Origin: a virus
Length of the DNA stretch: 64,000 bases
Reading direction: 5' to 3' (one strand)
Virus genome (UHGV): UHGV-0070660
The position numbers and the translations under genes are program-made. Shown here one piece after another: positions 36,232 to 46,071 of this stretch; position 1 is the first letter of the stretch; every line of letters begins with the position of its first letter. The notes under the pieces were generated by a model that did not search any database, was not told the DNA's origin, and worked only from the letters and a program-made list of their open reading frames with translations.

Positions 36232-36582
36232 ATGCACAATAACGTTCTCAATGTTAGCCGTTCAATTCAGACAATCAGAGACTGCACCAGTGTGGTGGCA
36301 TCAATCCCATTGCGGAACAGCATAGACGAACTGCAAATTCGTGTATTGAATCCGAATCAGGCTAATAAGCAATTGCGCTTTATTTTGACGCTGAAAAGTG
36401 AAACAGAGGGGATAAAGCACAGCGTAAAAGTGTTTTCTGAGGCCATTCTGCTTAATGGGAAGCTCCGGCATCTGGTAAGGCCAGAACGTCAATATCCTGA
36501 CGTCCTGGCGCGTGAAAAAGACCTTCTTTCTGAAGTTCAGGATAGGGTGATCGATTTCGTCAAATGCTATCCCCTGCATTGA
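36232..36582 (+). CDS. hypothetical protein
   Basis: 116-aa ORF on opposite strand to neighbours. Confidence 0.3.
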   Translation: MHNNVLNVSRSIQTIRDCTSVVASIPLRNSIDELQIRVLNPNQANKQLRFILTLKSETEGIKHSVKVFSEAILLNGKLRHLVRPERQYPDVLAREKDLLSEVQDRVIDFVKCYPLH

Positions 36583-36833
36583 GGGCAGGTGTTCCCTTCC
36601 GCAAAGTAGGGAAAATTGCTATCAAGTTCATCACACCATCTGCGTTGGTCGTAGCACCAAAACGCCTCCCACGGTGCACGGAAATACTTCATCCACCAGG
36701 ACACTCGATCAGGTATATCTGCTGGTGGCAGTTCTTCTGGCAATAATTTGCCTGATAATTCCCTTTCCGCCCGCGACAGCATTTTTTGAGGCTCGCGTTC
36801 TCTTTTTCAAGCTCATCTACGCGCACCTGTAAT

Positions 36834-37772
36834 TCAGCTTTCGTTGGCATGGTCCACCTCATGCTTTTCAGCCACCAGCGGCAATAAAGCCCTGGCCATC
36901 TTATGAACCAATAGTGCATCAATAATGCCAAGCGTATGCCCCGGCTTAATGTTTAATGCCGCCTCAAGGTGACACCTTTCCAGGTCACTTTTCTCGGCTT
37001 GTTTATGATGATCTGGTGTAATAACGTCGCCCAAAACACGGCTAATTCTTTCTCGTAATTGCTGGGTGCCAGCACACTTGATCGCTGTATCGTGGAGACG
37101 GTTAACCAGTTCGCGATAAACATGCGGCTTAATGCGGATACGTTCACCGGTGACGCCCTTTCCTGGCGCTGGCACCGAACTATCCGGAATATCCGGATAG
37201 TTGCCAGCCTCGTAAGCTACCCACAGCCAGTGCATGAATGTTTCAGTGGACACACAACCACAGTCCACATCGATTTTCCCGCGTTGCTGTTCCAGCCATT
37301 GCCCAAAATCCAACCTGTAAGTCTTACTTTCAAGTTCATCACCATTGAACTCGACTTTCTGCGACGCTATGAGAGCTGATTCGTATTGTTCGCGAGTGAC
37401 AACTGACTGGTATTCATCGCTATCAAGGCCACCAATTGGAAGCTCAATCTCACAACAAAAATTGCGCCCAAAGAAAGTGTCTTTTTTGTGGTCTGAGCCA
37501 AAAGCAAAAGTCGCGCATGGTGCCATTAAATTGACACTGGGTAGGTAACAATAACTCATTCCATCAGGCCACCCGCCGCACTTAGGCAGCTCCTTCACTA
37601 ACAAGTCGATAAGCTTCATTTTTTTATCATCTTTGCAAGCCGCCAAAGCCATTTGGGCAAGTGCCAATACTTCATCTGCCGTATATCCAGCACCGTGACC
37701 ATACATTTCGATACGGGAAATAATCTCTGATATACGCTCTTCAGTGATTCTGGTCATTTCTTTTTGCGCCAT
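36834..37772 (-). CDS. hypothetical protein
   Basis: 312-aa ORF. Confidence 0.45.
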   Translation of the reverse strand: MAQKEMTRITEERISEIISRIEMYGHGAGYTADEVLALAQMALAACKDDKKMKLIDLLVKELPKCGGWPDGMSYCYLPSVNLMAPCATFAFGSDHKKDTFFGRNFCCEIELPIGGLDSDEYQSVVTREQYESALIASQKVEFNGDELESKTYRLDFGQWLEQQRGKIDVDCGCVSTETFMHWLWVAYEAGNYPDIPDSSVPAPGKGVTGERIRIKPHVYRELVNRLHDTAIKCAGTQQLRERISRVLGDVITPDHHKQAEKSDLERCHLEAALNIKPGHTLGIIDALLVHKMARALLPLVAEKHEVDHANES

Positions 37773-38128
37773 TTCTTTTCACATTCCTTAGTCCATTTTT
37801 CAATGTTCATTTTGGCAATATCAGTCATTCCATCACCTAAGAAATACTTTTTCCGGTACGTCTTGCACTTAAACCACACTACAACAGCCACCAGCCAGAA
37901 AATAAAAGGCCATACGGCAATACCAACTCCAGCCGCGATAAAGCCCAATATCCATAAATGAAGCTCTCCAACTTCTGTTTCCGGCAATATTCTTAAAGAA
38001 TTAAACAGCAGGCTGAACGAATGGTCGTATGCATTGGCAGTATAAGACATGCAATCCATATAATTAAAGTCATAGCCTGCGGCTGCCGCCCATAATGGGC
38101 GGTCAAGAAAATGTTTTAGTGTCATCAT
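37754..38128 (-). CDS. membrane protein with Lys-rich C-terminus, AT-rich
   Basis: 124 aa, TM region LWILGFIAAGVGIAVWPFIFWLVAVVVWF, C-terminal KKWRKKK. Confidence 0.45.
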   Translation of the reverse strand: MMTLKHFLDRPLWAAAAGYDFNYMDCMSYTANAYDHSFSLLFNSLRILPETEVGELHLWILGFIAAGVGIAVWPFIFWLVAVVVWFKCKTYRKKYFLGDGMTDIAKMNIEKWTKECEKKWRKKK

Positions 38129-38134
38129 ATTAAT

Positions 38135-38428
38135 TTAAGGTTCAGACCAGTTATCTTCAATAGCAATGCTTAATCTTTGTAGCCATTCTGCTAATTTCAG
38201 CATTGCTTCTCTTTCGCTTAAACCACACGGAAAATCATCAAGCGATATTGTTGGCTTGAAGTTTCCCAAATTATCCATTTCAACGGTCAGATTTTGCTCC
38301 AGAACGGTATTTCTTACGCGGCTATTGTGCCGAAGCAAATATACTGAACGTGATTTATTGGTTTTGTGGTCGAACGTATATTCGGTAAGTATCATCTGAC
38401 TTCCGCCATGATTATTACCGCGCCACAT
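38135..38428 (-). CDS. small hypothetical protein, AT-rich
   Basis: 97 aa, GGAG RBS, 6-nt gap to downstream membrane gene. Confidence 0.45.
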   Translation of the reverse strand: MWRGNNHGGSQMILTEYTFDHKTNKSRSVYLLRHNSRVRNTVLEQNLTVEMDNLGNFKPTISLDDFPCGLSEREAMLKLAEWLQRLSIAIEDNWSEP

Positions 38429-38451
38429 AATTACTCCGTGTTAATTGAAAT

Positions 38452-38754
38452 TTAGCTATTAATCTTCACTTTTATCGCGAACACCTTTACCGGTTTATCA
38501 CCGAAGTGTGGATGTGTGATTGTTTTTATTTCATATCCGTTATACGGGACGTCAATTCTGCGACTGAAGTCTTCGCGCTTCGGATATCCCTTTGTGATAA
38601 TCAGGCGGTAATACTTACGGTTAACGAGGCGCTTATTCCAGTAGTCATTACACAGGCGATACTCTTCCGTTTTCTCCCCGCGAATCATGGCATCGAAGTA
38701 TTCACCTTTAACGGCAAGTTGCAGGTTAGCCATTACCTCACCTCCAGTCTCCAT
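38452..38754 (-). CDS. ASCH-like small protein
   Basis: about 100 aa, GEKTEEYR motif resembling ASCH GxKTxExR. Confidence 0.35.
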   Translation of the reverse strand: METGGEVMANLQLAVKGEYFDAMIRGEKTEEYRLCNDYWNKRLVNRKYYRLIITKGYPKREDFSRRIDVPYNGYEIKTITHPHFGDKPVKVFAIKVKINS

Positions 38755-38996
38755 ACCGCCTGACCAATCCGGCTGGCATGGGTATCTTTGGATACTGTTC
38801 CGTCTTTAGCCAGCTCCATAAGAATTTTGCGCAAATCTGCCGAACGCCATTCTTCATCAGGAAATTCCTTCTCCATTGCCAACCGCAGATTCCAGGTTGC
38901 CATCCTGAATGGATATTCCCCGCCGAGAGCTTTATCTTGCAGGGCAGCCCGGGAACGCATCACCTGCAAAACCTTCTCTTTTACATCCATCATTTC
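38733..38996 (-). CDS. hypothetical protein
   Basis: start set at internal ATG 38996 to give 4-7 nt overlap with upstream gene. Confidence 0.35.
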   Translation of the reverse strand, partial: EMMDVKEKVLQVMRSRAALQDKALGGEYPFRMATWNLRLAMEKEFPDEEWRSADLRKILMELAKDGTVSKDTHASRIGQAVWRLEVR

Positions 38997-39847
38997 GCCT
39001 CCTGCGGCGGTTCTGGTAGCGGCATCCAGAACAAGGCGTTCCCTAACCACGATAAAGTGCCGTCGCTCAACTCCACGTATTCCCCTTGTACCTGTCCTGC
39101 CATATACTCGCCGTGCTTTGAATAAATTAAAATCCAATCATCTTGAGGGGGCATTCGCTCACTACAGCTTATCCAACCATCCGGAGTTACCGGAGAGTTG
39201 CCTGCCAGTCTACGCAAAACAGCCTTAACAGCCTCAATACGGTCATCATCGTAACTTTCCGCCGTATCTATGCGGTCGAGCATGATGATTGCGTTATCAA
39301 TATCAGGATTGCCGGTCCACTCATTACCGCGATTGGATTCGGCAGCCTGGTTGCCGCGTACTGGTTGATTGTCGGCTTTACCCAGTCTGTCGTCGCTGCA
39401 TGAATGCCCTTCCAGCCAGGCCAATGCTTGTCGCATGAAATACGCAATATGTTTGCCGTGGTAATCGTCTTCATCGATGTGAAAAGCGATACTACGAATG
39501 TATTCAATTGCGTTTTCAATGGCCTCTAACGCTATCGGCGCTGGCGGAGTGGTATATAGTTTTCGACATTTGTATATCCAACCGGCATGGTCAGGCGTGT
39601 CTGTAAAACGCAAATCGTCTTCGTAGCACTCACGACTACGTTCTTTCCATTCCGTCCACGGAACACCGCTATTCCAGGTGGGGCGAGTGCAGGACTGATA
39701 CAGAACAGGTTCTGCTTCCAGCGATGCCAGCACGATACGCGCCAGTTCTTCCGCTTCTTCTGCTGGCAGTACAACGTTGCTATCAGGTCCGTATGTTTCG
39801 CGCCACTGCTTGATTGTCAGCAGTCGCTCTTTGGTAATAGTGATCAT
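38990..39847 (-). CDS. DUF551-domain protein
   Basis: 285 aa, C-terminal WISCSERMPP...WMPLPEPP typical of DUF551. Confidence 0.55.
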   Translation of the reverse strand: MITITKERLLTIKQWRETYGPDSNVVLPAEEAEELARIVLASLEAEPVLYQSCTRPTWNSGVPWTEWKERSRECYEDDLRFTDTPDHAGWIYKCRKLYTTPPAPIALEAIENAIEYIRSIAFHIDEDDYHGKHIAYFMRQALAWLEGHSCSDDRLGKADNQPVRGNQAAESNRGNEWTGNPDIDNAIIMLDRIDTAESYDDDRIEAVKAVLRRLAGNSPVTPDGWISCSERMPPQDDWILIYSKHGEYMAGQVQGEYVELSDGTLSWLGNALFWMPLPEPPQEAK

Positions 39848-40359
39848 GCCGCGTTTCCTTCTTTCTTATTAACAATTACACCGTCATATATTTCATTAAG
39901 GTGCCCTCTCAACTCCATGCGCCTTAATGCAGATAACATGTAATCGCATTCAACCTGCTTATTCCCAATAAAAGGTTTATCTTCAGGGTTACCCCAACAG
40001 CAATTACCCTTGGGCCACCCATGTACTTTCCGTACTCTTCCGTTAACAACGTGAAGTAATCCCCAGCCAGGTGGTAAATCCTCAATTGAAATAATTCCCG
40101 GCTCACTAATAAAGAATCGCCAGTCGCCCATTCCAAGAGACGGATTTTTACGAAAACGCTTTTTTCTATCTGCCAACAAATCAGCACGAGAACACTTCGC
40201 CTCTATCAGGCATGATGCTGAATTTCTGAACCCCATAGCATCTGGCTGTTCTCCGGTACTGGTTACAGCTATAAAGCGGTCATGAAAACAAACCTTGAAC
40301 CCGTTGCGCTTAAGGAACTTGTACGCAATCTGACAGAGTTCGCGGTGTGTTAACGCCAT
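39844..40359 (-). CDS. hypothetical protein with possible PD-(D/E)xK nuclease motif
   Basis: 171 aa from ATG 40359 with AAGGAGAG RBS; GEQPD...EAK motif. Confidence 0.4.
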   Translation of the reverse strand: MALTHRELCQIAYKFLKRNGFKVCFHDRFIAVTSTGEQPDAMGFRNSASCLIEAKCSRADLLADRKKRFRKNPSLGMGDWRFFISEPGIISIEDLPPGWGLLHVVNGRVRKVHGWPKGNCCWGNPEDKPFIGNKQVECDYMLSALRRMELRGHLNEIYDGVIVNKKEGNAA

Positions 40360-40360
40360 A

Positions 40361-40549
40361 TCACTCTCCTTTAGTGCGCAAATGGTTTTTCCAGCGGTTT
40401 TGCGCCGCGCTGGGCTTTTTGCAAAAACCACAATCCATCATCCCGTAATATTTCATCAACCCCATCCGTCGGTTGCTGAGTCTCACCCACTGCCAGACGC
40501 CAGGAGCGTTTCTACGAACTAACAGAATCTTTGCTTTACGGTTTTTCAT
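40361..40549 (-). CDS. small basic protein, paralog 1 (MKNRKAK start)
   Basis: 62 aa, stop abuts downstream gene start. Confidence 0.4.
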   Translation of the reverse strand: MKNRKAKILLVRRNAPGVWQWVRLSNRRMGLMKYYGMMDCGFCKKPSAAQNRWKNHLRTKGE

Positions 40550-40561
40550 CTTACTGCGTAC

Positions 40562-40732
40562 CCTTTCTTCCGCCTGTTCTGTGACGCAGTAGGCTTACGC
40601 TTTGCGGCAAAAGCCACCTGACCAAATGGATGGAGTACCGCTATCTTATGGTTGCTAATAACCAGCTCCACCACACGCACAGGTCGCTGTAAAAAAAGTC
40701 GTTTTGCCTTACGGTTTTTCATCGCTTTGCTC
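40562..40732 (-). CDS. small basic protein, paralog 2 (MKNRKAK start)
   Basis: hand-translated 56-aa ORF not in track; shares 15-nt start region TTACGGTTTTTCATC with paralog 1. Confidence 0.35.
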
Positions 40733-40986
40733 TCCTGCGTCTCTTTGCTGCTCGTCGTGCCGCTGCAATACCGGTATGGCGGCGCTTTGGTGCTGGGGTG
40801 ATGTTGTCAGCCATCAGGACCTGTGGCTTTGCAATTAGCGCAGAAGCCCAAAAACGAGTCGGGTACGGTAACAAGCCAATACATGCCACACGCACTACTC
40901 ACCTCCGTTGATGCGAATGCCTGTTGCAATGCTGTTTATGATGCTGTCAGTGCATGGGGTAGAAAGCTGGGCATCTCCAGCAATTT

Positions 40987-41250
40987 TCATGACATCAACA
41001 TCTGCATATCGAATACCGAGGTGTTTAGCCATGCGTCATTGCAATTCACTGCGTAGGTTCTGATGCTGATGCTCTCCCGCCCCTGACAGACGCCAGGCCA
41101 GTCAATAAAGTATCCGCAATGCCTACCCTCAGACGTGCGCGCAGGATAAATGCCGTTATGACCCGGCAAAATATATGCTACCCATTCATCTTGCGTTGCC
41201 TTTTCTGCCGCCTCACGCAGTACCTGATAGTCAATTGTCATTCTCGCCAT
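40987..41250 (-). CDS. hypothetical protein
   Basis: 87-aa ORF. Confidence 0.35.
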   Translation of the reverse strand: MARMTIDYQVLREAAEKATQDEWVAYILPGHNGIYPARTSEGRHCGYFIDWPGVCQGRESISIRTYAVNCNDAWLNTSVFDMQMLMS

Positions 41251-41882
41251 CCTTCACAGTTGTAATCACTACAGCCTTCAAAATCATATGGGCTGTACTG
41301 CCAGGTTATTTTTCCGCAATGCGGACAATTCCAACGCACCTTCCCGCTTCGCGACTTCTTTCTTCTGTTTTGCTTTTTCAACCAGTCAGGCATGACCAAA
41401 CCTGCGCCCTGAACCATTGTTCTGCGGTTAAAGTTATTGATATTGAACGTCCGGCGCTTTGCTGCATCAGCAATGGAAAATGGCAACCAAACTATTCCTG
41501 GTTCGTTTTTGTTGGCGACGCTAAAGATGGTCGCTTTACTGAAGTCATCTGTTGGCAATCCACCGTGTTGAAGCCAGTAAACATCGTTGCCGTTCCAGCT
41601 ACCTTTTTTGTAGGCCACATACGCAGTGCAATCTGACTCAATCAGGCTTTCTGTAGGGATGTACTGGCAATCAACGTGCCACACAGCCATTGCATCCACG
41701 CTATCAGCGCAAACAGGCTGATCGATATCTCGACCACAATTCCAGGCTTTTTGGGCTTCTTCCAGCGTGTAAACATGAGCGCGATCGATATCAGAACTGT
41801 AACCATTGCCGTTATGGCAATGGAATGAGGCGTTATTACCCACAGTTTCACGCAAGCACATCATGTAAAAACGGTTACTCAC
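41238..41882 (-). CDS. hypothetical Cys-rich protein
   Basis: 214 aa, C-terminal CPHCG...CxxYNCEG cluster. Confidence 0.45.
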   Translation of the reverse strand: MSNRFYMMCLRETVGNNASFHCHNGNGYSSDIDRAHVYTLEEAQKAWNCGRDIDQPVCADSVDAMAVWHVDCQYIPTESLIESDCTAYVAYKKGSWNGNDVYWLQHGGLPTDDFSKATIFSVANKNEPGIVWLPFSIADAAKRRTFNINNFNRRTMVQGAGLVMPDWLKKQNRRKKSRSGKVRWNCPHCGKITWQYSPYDFEGCSDYNCEGWRE

Positions 41883-42090
41883 TGGATGCCTCCCAGCAAA
41901 TTTGTCTTATATAAGAACTGTTAACGCGCTTTACTTTCCCGTCGAACTCCAGTTTCTTTAGACGACGCAAAACGTATGCCGTTTTGAGTGTGCGATATTT
42001 ATCCCTAAGCCAGTTGGTCACGACGTAAGTCATACAGCGCCCGTGTTCTTCCAACACCCGAACTATTTCTTCGTCGGTTGGCTTGCTCAT
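41875..42090 (-). CDS. hypothetical protein
   Basis: 71-aa ORF in operon context. Confidence 0.35.
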   Translation of the reverse strand: MSKPTDEEIVRVLEEHGRCMTYVVTNWLRDKYRTLKTAYVLRRLKKLEFDGKVKRVNSSYIRQICWEASSE

Positions 42091-42308
42091 TTTGTCGCTC
42101 CTTCAGCTTTCTCTACTTTCGCTGCCATGATTTCCAGCTTTTGTGCTGCCGATGCCGCTAACCTGTGAAATTCTTCATCTGTTTCAACTGGAATTGGTAC
42201 AAACCTGACACCAATTTGAGCAAGGCTATGCGCCATTTCGAGACTTGCTCTTAACTCTGCTGGGGATGCTTTATTCAGGCCGACTTCCTCACAAATAACT
42301 GATTGCAT
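42087..42308 (-). CDS. hypothetical protein
   Basis: 73-aa ORF. Confidence 0.35.
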   Translation of the reverse strand: MQSVICEEVGLNKASPAELRASLEMAHSLAQIGVRFVPIPVETDEEFHRLAASAAQKLEIMAAKVEKAEGATK

Positions 42309-42317
42309 ACGCTCGCC

Positions 42318-43043
42318 CTACTGAATACGCTCAAACTCGATTACCCAAACCCAGGGATTAGCACTCCAGCTTTCTTCGCCGTAGATGGATTCCCACAGGC
42401 GCTGGAACGCAACCTTGGCCATTGCGAAATCCCCCTTGGGAGTAAGGAATGTTCCCGGGTGATCAGGAAGCAAACTTCCAGCAGGCGGAATGCCCTCATC
42501 CCTTGCATCGCATTCGCTGATATCGTTCAACCGCTCAACGCGCACGTTGGTAATTTCCAACAGGATGCGTGATGCCCATCGCGGCATGTGAATTGATGGA
42601 CGCCACCCACCATCAAACTTTTCATTCACTGTGTGAGGTTTCCAGTCGGCATCATCTGGTATCGACCATAAACCGTAATCACCAGGCTTTTGCTCACAAC
42701 TGGCCCGATAAATCCTTGCTGCGTTCTTCTCATCGCCACGACAAAGGTTGTCGTTCCAGTCCACACTGCAACCATCTTCATTGCCTAATATCGCCCATGT
42801 TTCACGAACCCAAATTCGATCGCCGACGATACCAAAGGGGCAATTGAAAACACTGCTTACACCATCAGCCCCGTACCACTGAAAACCTGCACCAATTTTT
42901 CTAACCATCACTGGTGCTTCTGGACCAACTTCCGCAGGCTGATTTTTCATTATCCGCCGCGTCTGCGTTTTCCTTCCTTCGAGGATGGCCCGGACCATCT
43001 CATCGTTGAAAATCATGCCGCGCTCTTTCACTTCGCCTTTCAT
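42318..43043 (-). CDS. ASCH-domain protein
   Basis: 241 aa, ILEGRKTQTRR and HMPRWASRILLEITNVRVERLNDI motifs. Confidence 0.5.
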   Translation of the reverse strand: MKGEVKERGMIFNDEMVRAILEGRKTQTRRIMKNQPAEVGPEAPVMVRKIGAGFQWYGADGVSSVFNCPFGIVGDRIWVRETWAILGNEDGCSVDWNDNLCRGDEKNAARIYRASCEQKPGDYGLWSIPDDADWKPHTVNEKFDGGWRPSIHMPRWASRILLEITNVRVERLNDISECDARDEGIPPAGSLLPDHPGTFLTPKGDFAMAKVAFQRLWESIYGEESWSANPWVWVIEFERIQ

Positions 43044-43221
43044 GCATCCCCCTTACCCATGCGCGACGATGCCGCCAAAAGTGATAGAGAACAGCCAGAA
43101 ATAGATCGCGGCCATAATGATTTTGAATGCCGTGTTCATATTTTCAGCTCCTGTGATTGATTGGATACATGCCGCGCCTTGCGGCATGTTTTTATTTTCA
43201 CTTTCTCTGTTTTAAAAATCA

Positions 43222-43238
43222 AGATTTATTAGAGCAAT
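43222..43238 (-). promoter_or_regulatory. C1 operator-like site
   Basis: AGATTTATTAGAGCAAT, 16/17. Confidence 0.6.
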
Positions 43239-43744
43239 TATCGTTGATAAAGAAGCGCATTTTCATATTCCCTGACCATTAACGTAAGTACGCCGTGACT
43301 CCTGAAAACACGCGCCACTTCAATCTTATCTTCCAGCGCGAACGCAATTTTACTTAGACCAATTTTCTTCAGGATATCAATCTTTGCAGGGCCGTCATTT
43401 CTGTCATCGGTGGCAGGACGCATAGATAGCAAAGGCTCAGCCCCATTTGTTACGTGCTTACGCAACCAAGCTCGTGTTTTATCCCTGGCTATCTCACAGC
43501 GCCCGGTTACAAACCAGAGCGTGTAAATGCTGGACAACTGGCGCACCATATCAATAACTGGAGTGATGGGAGCATCAGTGTCACAGGCAAGGTTAAACTC
43601 GTTCCAGTGCTCTGTTAATGCACCTTTGCCAGGTGGTGGAAGTAAATGCAGCCTGTCTTCCGTTGCCTCTGATATCGTTCCATCAATATCTACTATGACG
43701 ATGTACGGACGTTCCTGGTGTGCGTGTTTATTGAAAATACTCAA
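43238..43744 (-). CDS. HAD-superfamily phosphatase-like protein
   Basis: 168 aa, motif I VIVDIDGTI. Confidence 0.5.
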   Translation of the reverse strand: MSIFNKHAHQERPYIVIVDIDGTISEATEDRLHLLPPPGKGALTEHWNEFNLACDTDAPITPVIDMVRQLSSIYTLWFVTGRCEIARDKTRAWLRKHVTNGAEPLLSMRPATDDRNDGPAKIDILKKIGLSKIAFALEDKIEVARVFRSHGVLTLMVREYENALLYQR

Positions 43745-43816
43745 ATGCCCTCCTCATTGGACGAAAAAAATGCTGGTGGGCGCACTCCACCAGCATTAAA
43801 AGTGACACTGTAACTA

Positions 43817-45010
43817 TCAGCGAACGTAAATAGTGCCGCCGTTCTCTTTTTCCCATGCATCGCTACGTGCATAGCAAACATCGAGAAGTCTTCTTGCCGC
43901 AGTTTCCTCTAAACCCAATTCGACAACCAACTGCTCATGACGGCGGGTAACCACATCAAACAGGGTATGCAGCCCTTTAGTTGCCAGATCATCAATGAAT
44001 TCCGGTTCGAACGGCAGCTCTGCATCTGCCAACATAACCTCTTGCGCCCACTCAACTCGACGGACCAGTTCCGGGCGGCGGCTTTCCATCTCTTTACAGA
44101 TCAATTCATGGAAGAACTCTACCCAACCTTCCGGCTGGAACTCGCGGAAAATTGCCAACGGCTGGAAGTTTGGCATCAACCATTCGTTGATTCGGATATC
44201 AATGGCATAGCCCATGTCGCAGCAGAACTGATAAGCAAAGTCCAGCTTAGAAACGATATAAGGACGCTCGTTATTGAACTCTTTAGGCGATGAGATCCCA
44301 TAAGCCAGGAGGCGCGGGAAGAAGGAGATTTGCCCTAACGTCGGATGAAGTTTGCTTGCAGGGAAACGGCGCTCAGTAATGCCATACATTTCCTTCTTGA
44401 GCGTCGCAAATTTGGCATTCTCATTAACCAGCGCGGTAACCTCTGCTTTTTTATTAGCAAATGCCACGCGCGCCTCGCTTGCATCTTTAATAGTTTTTTT
44501 GAGCTGTTGGTTAAGGTCGGCGACCTGCTTACGAAGTTCCTGTCGCTCGCTTTTAGCTTTGTTATAGCGTTTCTCAAGGTTAAAAGGATCAAGTTTCATG
44601 ATCTCTTTATATTGAGATTTTAGCGTTGAAATCTGTGAGTTCCGCAGTTCAACCATCGCGGTCATTTCATTGAGTTTTGTTTCCAGCTCAATGCTTATAC
44701 GTTCGGCATTATCAGCACGCTGGTTGGCGTCATGCGTCGCATCGTCGATCGCGTCCTGTTGCTGGCGTTTCAAATGTTCAATTTGCAGCTGAAGCTCTTC
44801 AATTTCTTTACCCTTCAGACCAAGATCCAACTGCATATTTTCAGCTGCATCTACCAGGGAGTTATGGCTATCAGCTTCTGCGTTATAAACATCAATAAGC
44901 TGTGCGTGAAGCATGAACCGCATTATCAAAAAAACGCGCTGTGAGGTCATCACAACTAACGCGGCGTTGCGCGGCCCGGATGTTCTGGATAACGGCCGGG
45001 ATACCGGCAT
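43817..45010 (-). CDS. coiled-coil protein
   Basis: 397-aa ORF (start uncertain), long heptad-like region in N-terminal half. Confidence 0.4.
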   Translation of the reverse strand: MPVSRPLSRTSGPRNAALVVMTSQRVFLIMRFMLHAQLIDVYNAEADSHNSLVDAAENMQLDLGLKGKEIEELQLQIEHLKRQQQDAIDDATHDANQRADNAERISIELETKLNEMTAMVELRNSQISTLKSQYKEIMKLDPFNLEKRYNKAKSERQELRKQVADLNQQLKKTIKDASEARVAFANKKAEVTALVNENAKFATLKKEMYGITERRFPASKLHPTLGQISFFPRLLAYGISSPKEFNNERPYIVSKLDFAYQFCCDMGYAIDIRINEWLMPNFQPLAIFREFQPEGWVEFFHELICKEMESRRPELVRRVEWAQEVMLADAELPFEPEFIDDLATKGLHTLFDVVTRRHEQLVVELGLEETAARRLLDVCYARSDAWEKENGGTIYVR

Positions 45011-45069
45011 TCAGGACGTCAGGGATAGATACATTTTCGATTGATTGGTTTTGTGCTGAAGTGATCATT

Positions 45070-45288
45070 TCAAAGTTCCGTATTAGCTTGTGCTTCGGTC
45101 ATTTTTCCTAAGTATGAAGGAGGAAGGACTACGCAATTTGTATCCAGTCCCTCACCTATGGCAGCCTGTAAAATTCTGGCTAAGGTGAGTCTCTTGTTGC
45201 GATACCTGGTGATGACATGCCTGATACCGCCGGTCGGCGTAACAAAGGCGATCAGCCAGTAGTGATATTTCCGTCGGAATGGCCACAT
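45070..45288 (-). CDS. small hypothetical protein
   Basis: 72 aa, C1 operator-like site 15 nt upstream. Confidence 0.35.
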   Translation of the reverse strand: MWPFRRKYHYWLIAFVTPTGGIRHVITRYRNKRLTLARILQAAIGEGLDTNCVVLPPSYLGKMTEAQANTEL

Positions 45289-45302
45289 AGTGCACCTTGT
45301 AG

Positions 45303-45319
45303 ATTGCTCTAATAAAAAA
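45303..45319 (+). promoter_or_regulatory. C1 operator-like site
   Basis: ATTGCTCTAATAAAAAA, 14/17. Confidence 0.5.
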
Positions 45320-45348
45320 CGTGATGAGTGTACATCACGTTTTAAAAA
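45311..45348. terminator. bidirectional rho-independent terminator
   Basis: CGTGATG-AGTGTA-CATCACG flanked by A/T runs on both sides. Confidence 0.65.
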
Positions 45349-45351
45349 TAT

Positions 45352-45368
45352 GGAATTATTAGAGCAAT
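45352..45368 (-). promoter_or_regulatory. C1 operator-like site
   Basis: 14/17, core TTATTAGAGCAAT. Confidence 0.5.
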
Positions 45369-45369
45369 A

Positions 45370-46071
45370 TTATTCTGATTCTCGCTCAAAAAATGAGCTG
45401 ATAAGGGGAAGCCAATCCTCTGACACTTCGCGAGGTCGCGGTTTGCCGTGGAAAAAGATTATTCGGCAGTCCTTTGGTAATGCCCCATTCCCCCTGGAGT
45501 AACGCGCGCTCGCATATTTTGAACCAGGTTCCACAACATCGGCCTTGTAACTTACAAACCATCCTGGATACAGATCCTGAAATGCTGGTGTATCATCGCC
45601 CATAACCTTCCGTAAGAACCCCTGATCACCCCAGCACTCAGTAGTGACACAACGAGAAATCCAACCTTCCGGATCTTGCCAGAATGAACTCCAGATATGC
45701 GCTTTTACACTATTTGGTATCCACAGGGCACCGCTACCACGATATTGTGGATGGTAAAAATCCCTAAGCATGGTGAAGCTGGTTGGTGGATTCTCAAGGA
45801 TTGGGCGTATATCACCGGCAATAACTGTGTCCAAATCCAGATAGAACAGATCATCTGTTATATCCGGTCGGAACAACTCGATTTTCGCCCACCAGCCACG
45901 GCACTTTTGCCACTGGTTGATCAATGGGACAACTTTGACGCCAGGTACATGTAAACGCTTCAGGTCTGTCAGGCAAATAATTTCATAGCCTTTTGGCAGT
46001 TGATTAACCAGCCACTGCACATCGGAAGCGTTATAGTCACCACCAGAGCGAAAAACTAAAGCAATCTTCAT
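45370..46071 (-). CDS. putative nucleotide-sugar transferase-like protein (DxD motif)
   Basis: 233 aa, [13 protein letters not shown]; weak assignment. Confidence 0.3.
   Translation of the reverse strand: MKIALVFRSGGDYNASDVQWLVNQLPKGYEIICLTDLKRLHVPGVKVVPLINQWQKCRGWWAKIELFRPDITDDLFYLDLDTVIAGDIRPILENPPTSFTMLRDFYHPQYRGSGALWIPNSVKAHIWSSFWQDPEGWISRCVTTECWGDQGFLRKVMGDDTPAFQDLYPGWFVSYKADVVEPGSKYASARYSRGNGALPKDCRIIFFHGKPRPREVSEDWLPLISSFFERESE

Noticed and set aside
40823-41056. 77-aa plus-strand ORF
   Set aside because: Antisense to a minus-strand operon and overlaps the 87-aa minus-strand gene; no RBS
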